A stretch of DNA of 63,393 nt, counting the filler, from Choristocarpus tenellus KU-1152 (Eukaryota; Protista; Phaeophyceae): assembly GCA_964200185.2 (NCBI GenBank). It is 14 parts of 14 records of this genome, joined end to end, with 100 filler letters (N's around TTAATTAATTAA, not from the genome) between each part and the next. Parts side by side here need not be neighbours in the genome. Positions count along the whole stretch, not along the records: positions 24,035 to 31,563 come from CAXNAD020006014.1; positions 31,664 to 39,900 come from CAXNAD020004950.1; 12 more parts are not named here. The stretch is one strand, 5' to 3'. The position numbers were made by a program, and so were the translations under genes. Under the pieces are notes generated by a model that was given only the letters and a program-made list of their open reading frames with translations, ran no database searches and had not been told where the DNA came from. Shown here piece by piece: positions 26,801-39,488 of this stretch (position 1 is the first letter of the stretch; every line of letters begins with the position of its first letter).

Positions 26801-27108
26801 GGCTCGATGGATGATCCATCTGAATTCATTCGTAGGTTGGTATCACACTGATACAACAGCAAGCAGAAGACAAAAAAGGTACAAGATTAACAATTCATAC
26901 AACACACATACTCTATAGTAAGCTTCTGGGAAAATATATACTGAACTCTGAAGATTCAAAAATACAAGTACCTGTAGGACACATGTGATATTTTGCTGTC
27001 ACTGTCAACATATTGTCCACATATATACTTACTGAAGTTGACATCCCTTTGGGGATAATGAGTTGCGGCTTTGCTTGATGTGGTACGAGTGAAGAGAATG
27101 ATTAATAC

Positions 27109-27482
27109 CTTCCATCAGTGATGCACTCAACGTGGGTAAATCAGACCAGTAGTGGAGAGATGGCACAGATGATGCACAGTCCCAGGATCGCTCGTGGAGA
27201 ATGCTACCCAAGTTAACTCTTGTTCGAATATCTCCTTGCTTCATCCTTGCATGTTCAGCACTGTATGTACTTCGAAATATATATATATATACTCTTGACC
27301 CTAGTCTAAAATGAACAATTATTAATATATATACTACGTAGTATGTAACAAAAAAATTGTCATTTGAACATGAGTTACAAATTGTGCTGCTCATCATGGC
27401 TTTGCTTGCTGCTCACCACTACATAGCAGGGAGAAATGCGGAACGATAGGGTTCCTCTGGTGGGAGGTGATGCACAGGTCAC
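27109..27482 (-). CDS. Putative exons of an unknown gene (27417-27482, 27109-27234)
   Basis: Two AG/GT-bounded phase-1 exons join in frame: GDLCITSHQRNPIVPHFSLLCS-GDIRTRVNLGSILHERSWDCASSVPSLHYWSDLPTLSASLME; no family recognised. Confidence 0.35.
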
Positions 27483-30400
27483 CTATAATGAGGGCTGCAC
27501 TGCGGAGTATGTTTTGCCAGTAGACTGAACTCAGGGGAGTGGAGTGAGAGGCAAAGGACATGGATATTGCGAGCACTGTGTTCACCTTCTTCACTGCTAC
27601 TCTACCAGGTACTGCGGGAGAATGAAAGGGACTGGTAAAATACGTGTGAGACAATGGAGGCCAGGAATTTCACAACTGATTGGCAAATACATGAAACTGG
27701 CCACATCATACCTCCGTGATAGTGGTTCTGGCGGGTACTATGATGTAAAATTACGCCCGTCTATGACCTGTTTCAAATTTCGTTCAATTTTCCTTTTTGT
27801 TGCTGAGATTCCGATATGCACTGTAGTAGCAATTATCCTGACTTCGCTACTGGTTTATTCGAGACAACTCATTCTAGAAAAAAACAGCCCGAGTACCAAG
27901 GTATAACTTATTTATTGGAGGAAGCAGGACCAAGGTTCACTAGCGTAGCTTCCACTCCCTCAAACACAAGTCGGGAGCACTCCAACTAAGGAAATAAGCA
28001 AATCATATGCGATAAAAGTGAAGGTTGACGGATACATCCCTCTACTACGGTATTCACCAGCACCAACACCAGCCTCAAGGACATGTGATCATGACAAATG
28101 TTGCGTGATATCAATTCATCAAGCCCCAAGATCTCACTGCTGCACACACACCCCGATGACTGAATCTTCACTGCTTGGAATGTTCGAGGTACCTGTTGTA
28201 TTGTTTCTTCTTTGATCAGAAAAATGTATGCAAAAGAGAGCTATTCCAATAGAGTGTTTGCTTTATGTTTTATGGATTTATTTATTAGCGGAGTGAGCAC
28301 AGCCCTTGGAGGTGGAGTGCTCTTCCTTATATTATTATCTATTGCGCACATCATCAGACACGTCAAAATGTGTCTGTGTCAGTCGCACTACGTCAGTCAC
28401 TTATATTGAACAAAATAAAAGATTAATCCATCGAGACTCAAACCTGCGACTCTAAGAGCACCAAACCAAATCCTTGACCATTACTATACTCAGTCAATAC
28501 TTCTGTTGTTCCACTGTTACTAAACATATAATTTCCTATAGACTGCTTAGCCTATATTGCACAAAATGAAAGCCCTTGCGCAAACATGGGCATTGCATTT
28601 CTATGAGATTACAAAAGCAAAGTATGAACATATGGGTATCCTCTAATTCCATGTTAATTCTTGCTTTGAACTCTTGGGTGATACACCTGAATCAAACTGG
28701 TACAAACTACGGAGTAGGGTGGTTAAGCCTCCAATTCTACGCAATAGTTTTATTCTATTGGGTGTGGTCTGAATCCACCTCAACGATTTGGGAATCGTGT
28801 TGACAAATTTATGGTTGGGGTTTCTTCTGCCTCGTTTCTAATATCTATGCATCTCTTAAAAGTATTCCCTGAAAACTGGTCTATGGGGATGTTCCAAACT
28901 AGTACATGAAACAATGATTGTGGAGCGAAGTGGAGTCTTCTAAAAATCACTAGGATAGTTTTATGGTTTGCAGGAGGGTCGATTGTCTCTCTTCTTTCAC
29001 ACGCCTTCTAGACAAAGCACCTCCAGTGTACTCCCACAAGAAACTCTGCTATCCTGTGAATATCATTTCCCACAGGTACTGTCCTTGGACAGGTAGGAGG
29101 ATAGTTGTTGTTACCATGCCCTAAATTGCACAACTGCGAGCTGCATGATATCTGAATATCTCAAATTCCAAAAGGCCCTAAACCCATGCATTGTTTAGAG
29201 GTATATATGACTTTTTTTAATGCCCAGTGCCTACGCGTTGCACAGGCGAGTATCCCCTTGCGACATCTGGTTTAGTTTGCACTCAGTTCTTGTAGTGAAA
29301 TGGTGTGTGTTGTTAGTCTATCACTGCTTGCCAATCCCTTTGCACTCACTGTTCAGTGTAATCATCTCCAACTCTGACAACGGCAGTGTTGAATCTGAAG
29401 GCAATCGTCCCCCCCAAAAAAAACGTCTTCCACCTTATATTCTTCCTACACGAAATTGTGAGGGTGCAAGTCAAGTTCACTACGTAGGTTCAAAGGGGTG
29501 AGAATCACCCTTCACCCGACCTTCCAATGTGTGTAAAACGTTGGTAATGGATGGTAGCTGCAGGATCCGCACACTCTAAGCAATGCTACTGAAGGATCGA
29601 GGTAGGAACAGTGTGGACCAGTGCGGTCTGCGTTCTATTTATGCTGCTTTGTAGTTCATATGTTCCTATGGCCCAGACTAATATGTTTTGAAAATGCTCT
29701 TCCTTTCACTCCTGGATGTATCCCTTGCAACATCATTTATTGTGTTCTTGGTCCTTCCACCCCCCTCTGCACTATATTTCTTCACGCTTGTATATTAGCA
29801 CATTTTTTCGTCTACAGCATTTAAATGATATAGACCAAGAGGTTGCGAGTTATTGCTGTTGTTTGGTAGACGATAGTATCTAATGCTCTGACATGCAACA
29901 TCCTCATTTGTCTATGAGATGGATTACCTCCAACCTTCTTAGACCAGGATGAGGTGTATGCAGTCCTCTCACTACAGAGAGAGCTGTGCCTTGGTGAGAG
30001 GGGGTACTTTGTGGGGATGGGAAGAGAAGGGCAACAAGCTTGTCCACCAGTTTGTTAGCCATCGTGGTTCAGCAGCACCAGGAGGAAAGGTGGAGGGGGA
30101 GTCTGGCAAATAGTACTTAGTAGTTACGAAACACACACACAGGTTGTTTCGTGTGTGTATAGTGATGTACTATAATTTGATTATGCAACTGTCGTATTAT
30201 GGAGTGGGGTGTAGCTATTAAAAATGTGTGAACGGACCATATTTCTGGGGTGTAGTTACTTGTACTCCTCCTGTGTCTCGCTTGCAACAATTATGAAGGG
30301 CTACTGCCGACTTTAGATGACCAGGTTGGGGTACTGCCAGTTGAAATGCTATGCACAGGAAACAGGAGGGGACTTGGGCCAGAGGAAAAGGAGGAGGGGA

Positions 30401-30582
30401 AGGTCTACCAGTTACCTAGTAGCCACTCACTGCGCTGCAGTAGCACTATCAGGAGAGAAAAGGAACAGTGGGGTGTGGCTGAGTAAACCCGTGGGGCTGT
30501 CCTGGGAAAAGAGAGGGAGGACGTCCGCCTCTGAGCAGCCACATACAGCGTTTGACCATCAAAGGAGGAAAGGCACAGAGCC

Positions 30583-30832
30583 AAAGTAAACGAGAGGTAC
30601 CCATTTTTTTTACAATTTACATTATAAGCCAGATTTTCAATCTTTAGCAATTCACCCATATTTCTATGGATGAAGTGCTAAGTTTGACTTGAGAGAGTTT
30701 ATTTTTCTATTGTTTGAAACTTTTCAAAATAATTCGGAAAATATCCTGTCTGTACACTTTTGTAAAAAAAGCCGAATTGCACACATTTGCCGACATCCTT
30801 AAATTGAACCCTAGGTACCTCTCGCTTACTTT
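30583..30832 (+). mobile_element. MITE family D (~250 bp, unclassified)
   Basis: TIRs AAAGTAAACGAGAGGTACC / GGTACCTCTCGCTTACTTT; related ends at 26548-26800 and 31308-31332. Confidence 0.7.
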
Positions 30833-31663
30833 TACCTACAGGGGAAGTTTATGTCTTTTGTGCCACAGCCGAATGATTAGGGTAAGCCCCCGAGGCAAGA
30901 AAAAGAGAAGAGTATGTACCACTAAGCAGCCACAGGACCAGAAGGTATGGGGTGAGTTGCGTGGTTTATGCTTGGGGGAAAAGAAAGGGAAGAAGCTCCG
31001 TCAGGTAGGGGCTGCGGTGCTCCAGCAGCACCAGGGGGGGGCTATGCCTGGGTAGAAGGGATGGGCTGTCCCAGGAGGGGTCTGCACCTGTCTATATTGT
31101 GTGCAATTTTTGATGATTGAGAAATACCAACATGTGTGTCTTTGAAAGGATCCTCACAAAAGTAGGATTCAGGACTTTCCGAAATTCTGTGAGAATTTTA
31201 CAACAATAGAGGAATCAAGGTTATCGAGTCACTCTTAGCGCTTCATCCATAGAAACAAGGGTGAAATGCAAAAGACGAAAAAGTGGTTAATAATGCAAAA
31301 CGCCTAAAACCTGGGTACCTTCTGTTTACTTTTATCCAAAATATTGACCTTCCAGATGATGAAGGTAGATCAGGGTTTTATTTCGTACCAATCAAGTGCC
31401 AGATCGGAAGAAAAAATAATATTTTAGGTGAACCAGCTCGACATTTACAAAATTTGTCGAGTGTGTACAAAAACGTAAAAGGTCTGACGATACTTGCTAC
31501 GAGGGCTCCTTTGATCCTCGTAGTTATAACCTCAACACCTTTGCGGCGAAAAGTTTTGGGCGCNNNNNNNNNNNNNNNNNNNNNNNNNNNNNNNNNNNNN
31601 NNNNNNNTTAATTAATTAANNNNNNNNNNNNNNNNNNNNNNNNNNNNNNNNNNNNNNNNNNNN

Positions 31664-31730
31664 ATACATACATACATACATACATACATACACACATACA
31701 TACATACATACATACATACATACATACATA
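31664..31730. repeat. (TACA)n microsatellite
   Basis: Direct reading. Confidence 0.95.
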
Positions 31731-32005
31731 ATACAAATATTTTTTCATTTGCTCCAGCATATACATACATATATCGAAATGTAGGCAAGGTCTCTTTTTC
31801 AAGTAGTGGGCGCAAAAAGAGACTATGAATACCGATACTTGTACTACAAAATGCATTGGCCGGACAGACTGACCCTCACATCAAACAATGTGATGCAAGG
31901 GTTAGGAAGTGCAATGCAGTTAGTTAGTTACAAGCGTACAAATGTTAATGGCAGTGCCCTTTCAACGCCAAAAAGGGAGTAAACACACGCAAAAACGCAC
32001 ACTAA

Positions 32006-32047
<42 letters not shown>

Positions 32048-32252
32048 TAAATAAATGGAAGACTTGTGGTACATAGTATACTTACCCCTTGATGGGGGAA
32101 TACAACCATGCAGTACATGAGAAAAAAACCCCAAAAGAGTGACACGATTGTAGCGACAGGGATAGGGTTAGCACAGAGAGGCAACTGTTGAATGTTGGGT
32201 TGAATTTACTTCAGAGAGGAATCGCCCCCCGGACCCACCCCCTTCCTCACAC

Positions 32253-33051
32253 CTGCCCTTCTCCCATTCGCAAGCGCTGGGTCACCCTGCGCCAGGTGTG
32301 CATTGCCCATTCTAATGAGTTTCTCTCCCACCGATCACACATATCAGACAGGGATGTCAAGGACTTTGCCCTCTCATAGCTCTGCATCGGCGAGCAGATG
32401 AGAAGAGGAGGGTGGGTGGGGTGGGCCGGGAGGGGGATGTGGAGGAGTCCTGGGCAAGGGGTGGGTGGGCAGGGAGCAGATAGGGGGATCGGGGTAGTGT
32501 TTGAGGGGAAACCAAAGATAAGGTTGGGATAAGGTTGGGTAACTGCCAAGGAGTGCTGACCTTTGGTGGTGGTCTCAGTCGGGGGTGTTGGCTAGTGATT
32601 GTTTTGACTTCGATTTTTTTTGCTGAGTGGATTACTCCGTCTGTGTAGCGATGGATTTACACGATGTTGAGAAAGTACTTCACGTCCAGGAAAATTGACA
32701 TGTAGTAGAAAGGCAGTACTGTTGATGTATGTATGTGTGTATGTGTGTATGTGTGTATGTGTGTATATATGTATGTATGTGTGTATGTGTATGTGTGTAT
32801 GTGTGTATGTGTATGTGCGTATGTGTGTATGTCTGTCTGTCTGTCTGTATGTATGTATGAGTATGTATGTATGGACTGCTTTCACTATTTCAATATGCAT
32901 ACAGGAACATCAATCGGCCACCTGCATGTCCCTGTTGAACTCAGCCACCTTTTCCCCATGGACTGCGTGCATCCACTGACGTAGAGCTGTGCCTTTGATC
33001 TTGTTGAGATTTTTTCCAATCAGACCACACAATCGAGCCATGTGCCGGTGA
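32253..33051 (-). CDS. Exons (32922-33051, 32253-32381) of a helical W-repeat (Sfi1/IQ-like) protein
   Basis: AG/GT bounded and phase-compatible: HRHMARLCGLIGKNLNKIKGTALRQWMHAVHGEKVAEFNRDMQ|SYERAKSLTSLSDMCDRWERNSLEWAMHTWRRVTQRLR; 'AxxxW' motifs recall Sfi1-type repeats (inference). Confidence 0.55.
32725..32872. repeat. Compound (TG)/(TATG) microsatellite in intron
   Basis: Direct reading. Confidence 0.9.
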
Positions 33052-34449
33052 CTATTGAGTGTATTCAATGAGTTGCGGTTGCATTTGAACGAACTGAGTG
33101 AGAGGAGGAGAAGCGATCTATGCTCCAGAAATGAATTAAATCAAAGATGCAAGATGAAGCAAGCAATAACGGGAGCAGGGGGAATGAGAGTTAGAATAAG
33201 GTGAGCTGAGCATACAGGGCCAGAGTTATCCCTCTCCGTTTTTGGCACTCCCTATCCAGCTCTGGCTTTTAGGTAGCTAGGCAAGTACCCCATTCATATT
33301 TTGTATTTGTCCTTGATGTGTTCCTGTTCTTCGCCTGTCTTTGAAAATACTAGTACTTTCTGTAGTCTGGACTCCTGGTACTTTCTGTAAATAAATCACT
33401 CCATCTCTCTATTGTAGATTTGTTGATGGGGTTCTATTGCCCACCACCAGGGCTAAAACGTCCAAGGCCAGAAGATAAGGCGAGCAAGCTATGAGTTTTC
33501 CAAACTACACTCCAAAGGCATCAAATGATGAGCGGTCTAATACCGTTCGGAGCACAATTCTAGTGAGTAGGCGCAACAATCTGCTTCAGACACTATTCTA
33601 TTTAGGTACTTTGAAGCACTGTAGTTGTTAGTGATCGTGACAGACTTCACACTCGCTAACAATACTCAAAAGTATGGTATTAGAGGCACATTTGCTTTGG
33701 TGACCTTGTGCACCCTTGATAAAAAAGTCGTGTTGTACACATAGGTGTCAATACATTGTAACTGTTGTATATTGATGGGCATATTGAAGACCTTTCCGTC
33801 ATAACCCTCACCAGGGTCACCCTTGTAGCCAGAGTAACCAAGGGGTATATCCAGGTTTTGGCTGTTTTTCATTCTAAAGCCATTTTAAAAAAAAATCTTT
33901 CCAATTGACCCCTACATTTCCGTCAATTTAATTTGAACTTTGACTTGAGAGCGTTGGAACTCTCTATTGATTGAAAGCGTTTCGACACAAATCAGAAAAT
34001 GTCCTGCTCCATCCTTAAGATTTGCATTTGTTTATTTTTTTGTTTTGTTTTAAAAAAACAGAAGAAGACGAATTTTGCACACTTTTCTCACCATCCTTAA
34101 GATCAATACAAATACTCTCGATTGATACTTTTCTTTTACTTTGACTCTTGGTGGATTGCTGCTGCCGCCAAGGTGCATGTCCAACAGAACCTACTCTTCA
34201 CAAGGAACCTGTTGGTGGCCACCCCCACACTGATTCGTCCCGTGGGAGGATATCATTATAAACAAGTGTACACATTGTCACGGTTGGTAACGGATTTTTT
34301 TGTGAGTGATGTCGTTGTAGCTATTGTTCTGAATTGGTGTTATTGACGTTCCGAGTTTTCAATTTGTATGAGAGCTGCTCCATGAATGAGACCTATCTCC
34401 ATACCCCCTACTGGGTTGGGTTGGGCAAGCAGGTGCAGTGAGATTTGAA

Positions 34450-34663
34450 CTGTGGAGTGCACAGGGGAACACCCCCATCTTGGGGAACCACTGCTGTCAT
34501 ACTTTTCTTTACTTCTCGAAAAGAAGGTTAGGTTTGCTTTTCACACATGGGTTAGGGTTAGGGTTAGGGTTAGGGTTAGGTTTTCGAAGATTTGTATTGA
34601 AAAGTTTAAAATAGACAACAGCGGTGGGTCCTTTGAGAGGTGGTGATTCCCCAGTGCACACAG
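34450..34663. mobile_element. MITE family E containing an internal (GGGTTA)5 array
   Basis: Imperfect ~45-bp TIRs ctgtggagtgcacaggggaacacc...ccactgctgtc / gacaacagcggtgg...ttccccagtgcacacag; TA at the right flank; telomere-type repeat at 34549-34580. Confidence 0.65.
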
Positions 34664-34665
34664 TA

Positions 34666-35126
34666 CTGTTGCATCACAACAGTGCAAAGTTTCTCCCTGA
34701 ACATTTTCTTGACTGGTTATGTGTATTTTGAGTGAATGCATCTTAGAGGGTACGAGTTTTGCCCTGTTTGTCTGTTTGGGGTTTGGCTTCCCATGGGGTT
34801 TTTTATGACATTTTTCTATCCCAAATTTCGGAGTAGGTAAAATATGTATGCCATGAAAAGGTGTGTCTGGAACGAGGATATTGACACTTCCTAACAAACA
34901 CAATAAATAAAATTACATAGAAATTGCAACATTGAATTTTGACCCCCAAACGGACGTGTATCTACCCTCTAAGATACTTTGACTCTTGAAAATTTACCCA
35001 CAAGTTAGGTTCATGGTTGGGTTTGGGGCTAGGGTTAGGTTTTCGAAAATACATGCAAATAATTGAAACAAATTATACCGTGATGGTTCCCTGAAGAAAG
35101 GGGGGTTTCCCTACGCACTGCAACAG
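34666..35126. mobile_element. Second family E-like element (TA|CTGTTGCA...TGCAACAG|TA) interrupted by a family A MITE at 34730-34985
   Basis: TA flanks and short TIR; degenerate TTAGGG block ending in ttaggttttcgaa, as in the neighbouring copy; nested full family A copy. Confidence 0.65.
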
Positions 35127-35676
35127 TACCTGGTGCTAACTCTCCACTTAATAGTGAACCGGATAAGTTCTGTTGCTATGTTATGGGACGCAAATTGCTG
35201 CGATTCATGCTCTGTAGGCACTCGCGCTTTGAAGGATATTTTGGGTTTGTGGGGTATAAGCAATACGGCAGGGTGTACACACTGCATGTGTAGCAACTCT
35301 AATGATCGTCAGCTTCACCCTTCCTATGACTCTCTCCTTTGGTGTTACATTCTTGACCATGGATCTGGTTAGGTCGAACTAAAAATGTGTAGAAATAATA
35401 GTAGTAACTTAATGATCACAGGCTTTGCTAAAGTCTACAGATACTCCTCCTCAGCACTTTCTCTGAGAACAAATGCAAAACCATGGAAGAGCAGGACCAC
35501 AAAATGGTTTGAATCTTAAATCATGAGAAAATCACCCACTTTCTACGAGATATCTCAAAGGTAGCAGTAGTTATCCGCACCACACAGCCTTGATCTGTAG
35601 TAGTGTATGAGCAGGGAAGTACCCTATCCAAGGATATATATATATATATAAATATCACTAAATTTAGGAAACTTGC

Positions 35677-36741
35677 TCACATGATGAACTCCCCGTAGCC
35701 AATGCTTCGGAGGAAACTGACGGGGAGGGTGGCCATATCCCTTTCCACCATAAACGACATATGTAGTTGCTCCAACCATTCATGGTAGCATCGATTGTCA
35801 CATGTTGCCGGCTGATCCATTGCCATAGACATGAATTCCTCCAGCTCCTTCAATCTGGTGGTAGCGGTTGTCTCAGGTACAGGTGACCAAGTGGTATGCT
35901 TCCCACTCGGGAACCGATCACCATCTCGAAATATTGCGCCTTCGATCCCTTTGCGACGCGCACATGTCCCAGATGAGAATGGGACAGTCGAATACACGGA
36001 TATTAGATCGTTCAATCTTTGGATTCCAGCTTTGTTAAACATTTTCCTGCTCGAGTCTAGGGTCTCAGAGACTTTACCCTGACCCTGCCTTGGTTCTCTA
36101 GGAACCGCTGTTGTTGTTGATGAGTCAGCAGCGACTGACGACTGTCGCGCTTCAGACAGGCAATACCTCGAGGCGGAGGGCTGTTTGATTAGGGGACCCA
36201 AGTGTCGTAATCCAATAGATCTTTGAACTTCATCCTCACGAGCTAGTGTCTCTTTTCGAGACATGCTGTCAATTCGGTTCAGGGGTTGTCCTCTAGTCGT
36301 TTGGGGTCCTCTCTCAGTGGAGGGGCCAGAGTAACCATTTGATGTGCCCGTCGCTTCATGTAGAAACGGAGATTCCTCTTGGTGTTTTGGGCTTCTACCT
36401 CTGCGTCCCTCATGCAGCTCCTGAATAATTCTCGAGGACGGACTTTGACTGCGATGGGCGCCTCTCCCAGACTGTCGCTTTTGTTCAGAACGGGAACGGC
36501 GGTCATCTGTCACTACTGGTTTCCTCCGTTTGAACGACTTCTCGCGGGATCGACGACGTTGCACATCCTTGTGACCGGAAACCCCTCTCGGATTAAAGAC
36601 AGGGAGATTTCCTTCCGCAGTCGCCAGGAAAAATGTCGGAGAGACACTCCCAGGTCTCCCCTCCATCCAACCATGGGACGAGTGGGTCACCCCTGGCAAC
36701 GTTGAGCCAATGGTCCCTATTGGTAGCTCAAGCAGGTGCAT
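35677..36741 (-). CDS. Large, mostly disordered R/S-rich ORF; probable first exon of the minus-strand gene continuing to ~32253
   Basis: 354-aa ORF, GC-balanced coding-like composition, possible donor near 35680; divergent from the transporter gene. Linkage to the downstream exons is inferred. Confidence 0.6.
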   Translation of the reverse strand: MHLLELPIGTIGSTLPGVTHSSHGWMEGRPGSVSPTFFLATAEGNLPVFNPRGVSGHKDVQRRRSREKSFKRRKPVVTDDRRSRSEQKRQSGRGAHRSQSPSSRIIQELHEGRRGRSPKHQEESPFLHEATGTSNGYSGPSTERGPQTTRGQPLNRIDSMSRKETLAREDEVQRSIGLRHLGPLIKQPSASRYCLSEARQSSVAADSSTTTAVPREPRQGQGKVSETLDSSRKMFNKAGIQRLNDLISVYSTVPFSSGTCARRKGIEGAIFRDGDRFPSGKHTTWSPVPETTATTRLKELEEFMSMAMDQPATCDNRCYHEWLEQLHMSFMVERDMATLPVSFLRSIGYGEFIM

Positions 36742-37176
36742 CGACAGCTTCGATCGTCAATGTACCATGCGCTATCTTAGCTCGAACAGAAGGGTGCTAT
36801 TCGTGTTGGGAGCATTTTCACATTGTGTTCTTGATGTTCAGTGTAAGGTTTGGTAATTGAGTGAAGGTTTCGCATTTAGTTTGTGTTTAAGTGCCGGTTG
36901 GTGATCATTCGGTTTCAGCACCTGTATTGAGTAGTGAGAGTGACAAGTGTTCACACATCCTGGTCATTGGCACGCCTGCATTACCAGAGCATCAATGCCA
37001 GTGACAAAGTCTATGAAAGCATTCTAAGGAGTCTTGCTAGCCAGATACGTGCAGTTGCATCAGGTTGCTGGTAGCCCCACTGGCGTGCACCCTAGGCTGC
37101 ACTTCATGTGGTACACGAATGCCCTTGACAACTTTTAGCACGGGAGGGTGCCCTTGGAGGTACCTATCGGCAGATT

Positions 37177-37659
37177 GTGATGGGTATGAATGCGTGGTCA
37201 CGGGTTCGATGGTTGGTGCTGTTGTTTACCTATTTGGTGCGATGTATCTATCTCTGCGATACATGCGTTGCAATTGTTGATTTGGACCAACAGGTAGCGC
37301 AGGGCTATACTGCAACAACAAAACCTGGCTCGCTGAGAAGGGCAAATCCGCGGTTGTGGGAGGAAAGGGGAAAACGAGCACTGCAGCTCCCAACTGTGCC
37401 GCACTCGTGTTCTATTGAGGGGGTAGGAGAGACCTCGGGGGGTGGATATTCTTGTAGCTCAGGCTATTCTAGGTCTAATGTTGGATGGGGGGGTGCGATC
37501 GGGGTGAGGAAGAGTCCGTTGCAGGTGGCGAGAGGTCTACGGGGAGGCCTCCTGTTTTTCTGGAAAAGGGAACCGCCCAAAAGCACAATGTCGGCATCGA
37601 TCTTCAACCTGGTCAACAATGTGGCAGGGGCAGGGTTGCTCACTCTCCCAGGTGGCATG
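37177..37659 (+). CDS. Amino-acid transporter (SLC38/AAAP, Aa_trans family), exon 1 with N-terminal signal peptide and extension
   Basis: KSTMSASIFNLVNNVAGAGLLTLPGGM is the AAAP TM1 motif (S.FNL.N...G.G.L.LP); donor ATG|GTGAGT. Confidence 0.88.
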
Positions 37660-38267
37660 GTGAGTTCTCCGTTTCTGCATCTTGTCCACGCCCGCCGTTG
37701 CATTTTCCTCTTTTCGTGTGAGATTGATATCTTCCAAGGCTCAGATGCTCTCGTACGAGTCTAATATCGTATTGTTTCGCTGAAGTTGTCCACAATTCCT
37801 CCCGTCAACTTGCCTGGAACACGGACAAATGAGCTGGTGGATTCTGTTGTGCAAGCTGCGTGTGAACAACTCTTATCTTAGATGGTTACCCTTGAATCTG
37901 TTGGGCAGATCTTTGCGCTCTCATGTGTCATATGTTACGCCTAGTACGTGAGGAGTAAGATGTGAGAACGTTTCTTGTCACAATTCCATGCATTTCGAGC
38001 ACTCAACGCGATGAGGAGTTACCTCGTGAACTAAGATAGATACCTATTGCAGTCCACTCCACTTAGCGTGCTAGCGTAATGCTAGAAGGTTACAAGAGAT
38101 ACAGGAGAGTCAAGCTTGAGGGCTCACGTTTCATGATAAGCGTTTTAGTGTGATGTGGTTTGATCCTCCCATGCGCCAAGTTAAACATGAGCAAAAAAGG
38201 CTCGACAAGGAACAGCTACAAGTCAGCAACAGCACCAACACCCCTAATCTTGGTGACAATGCTACAG

Positions 38268-38481
38268 GCGGCCGGAACCGGCTACCTATCCTCAGTATTC
38301 ATCTGCATCTTTCTGGGAATGGCATCAGCCTACACGTTTAGCCTGGTTGGCTACAGTTGTAACATGAGTGGCCAGAAGACATTTCGGGGTCTCTGGGCAA
38401 GGATGCTAGGGAAGAAGAGTGCATGGGCATTGGACCTTGGCATTGCTGTGCTGTGCTTCCTCTCTGCCGTTATTTATTCAG
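38268..38481 (+). CDS. Amino-acid transporter exon 2
   Basis: AAGTGYLSSVFICIFLGMASAYTFSLVGYSCNMSGQKTFRGLWARMLGKKSAWALDLGIAVLCFLSAVIYS; AG/GT bounded. Confidence 0.88.
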
Positions 38482-39362
38482 GTTAGCTCCACAAAATCAA
38501 GAGGGAGAGGGGAAACACAAGAACCAATGGGAAGAAGGGTGGAGGTGAATGAAGTGAACTTTTTTCAAGAAAGCAGATCACGGACTCATGTACCCCACCA
38601 TGCACTTTGGGGCATCCATTGCAAGTATGTTCTTGCTGACATGGATACCGTCTTTCATTCAAGCACGTCCTATTGGTTAATCTGCGACCTGGTACATTAT
38701 TATCAGAAGTGTTCAAAACGATTTTTTTGCTTTGGAGTTGGTAAATTTTCCAGTTGGCAGTTTCATGTTCAGAAAGACTCCCTGTTCGCAGGAGGGGGAA
38801 GTGCAACATTGTAATTGATTGGAATGATAAAAGCATTAAGGGTTGGTCCAGTGGATATGTTAGTGGAGTTCAATGATTGAACATAGAGGGGAGGGGAGGG
38901 GAGGGGAGGGAGGGTATCAACATACTGGAATGTCTCATATTGCAAGCATCATCAATGCATTGCTGTCCATTAATAGAAACAATGAAAGCTTTGCGCACAC
39001 AATCTTCTGGGAACATGTTGGACTTTGCAGGTACAGCACAGTGGTCACAGGTACCCTTTCTCCTGTGTTAACTACCCAATGGACCTGTCCCTTAGGCCTA
39101 TCCCACCCCAACCCCCATACCAGTCCCTTGTCCATCCCTCTCGAATTGAGCTTGTACTGTGTAGTGTAAGCAATTCGAGAGGCCAAGACCTCACTAGACC
39201 TCACTAGTGCCAAGACCTCCTCAACGAATGTAACCCATACCGCCCCCATCCCCTCTCCCCTTCCCGCTGGACACATGTCCTTTGGACGATTGCGTGTGTG
39301 ATACCACCTGCTCTCTTCGCCCGTTGTGTTGTTTGGGGCATGGTTTTCCAAAAATCGCTCAG

Positions 39363-39488
39363 GCATTATTGGTGATGTGTTCACGCCCCTTCTACGTGTG
39401 GCAAGAGTGCCAGACTTCTTGGTGAATAGGGGGGTAGTGATATCCCTCCTGACAGTTACGGTGTTGCTCCCCTTGTCCCTGCTCAAAG
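39363..39488 (+). CDS. Amino-acid transporter exon 3 (gene truncated by contig end)
   Basis: GIIGDVFTPLL...VISLLTVTVLLPLSLLK (typical 'IIGD' and 'LPLSLL'); phase-compatible with exon 2. Confidence 0.85.

Noticed and set aside
27544-27906. ORF with GRMKGTGK, Walker-A-like
   Set aside because: It lacks the following T/S and helicase context; the opposite strand has better exon signals.
28425-28495. tRNA-like sequence on the minus strand
   Set aside because: Too degenerate to fold as a cloverleaf; at best an old SINE remnant.
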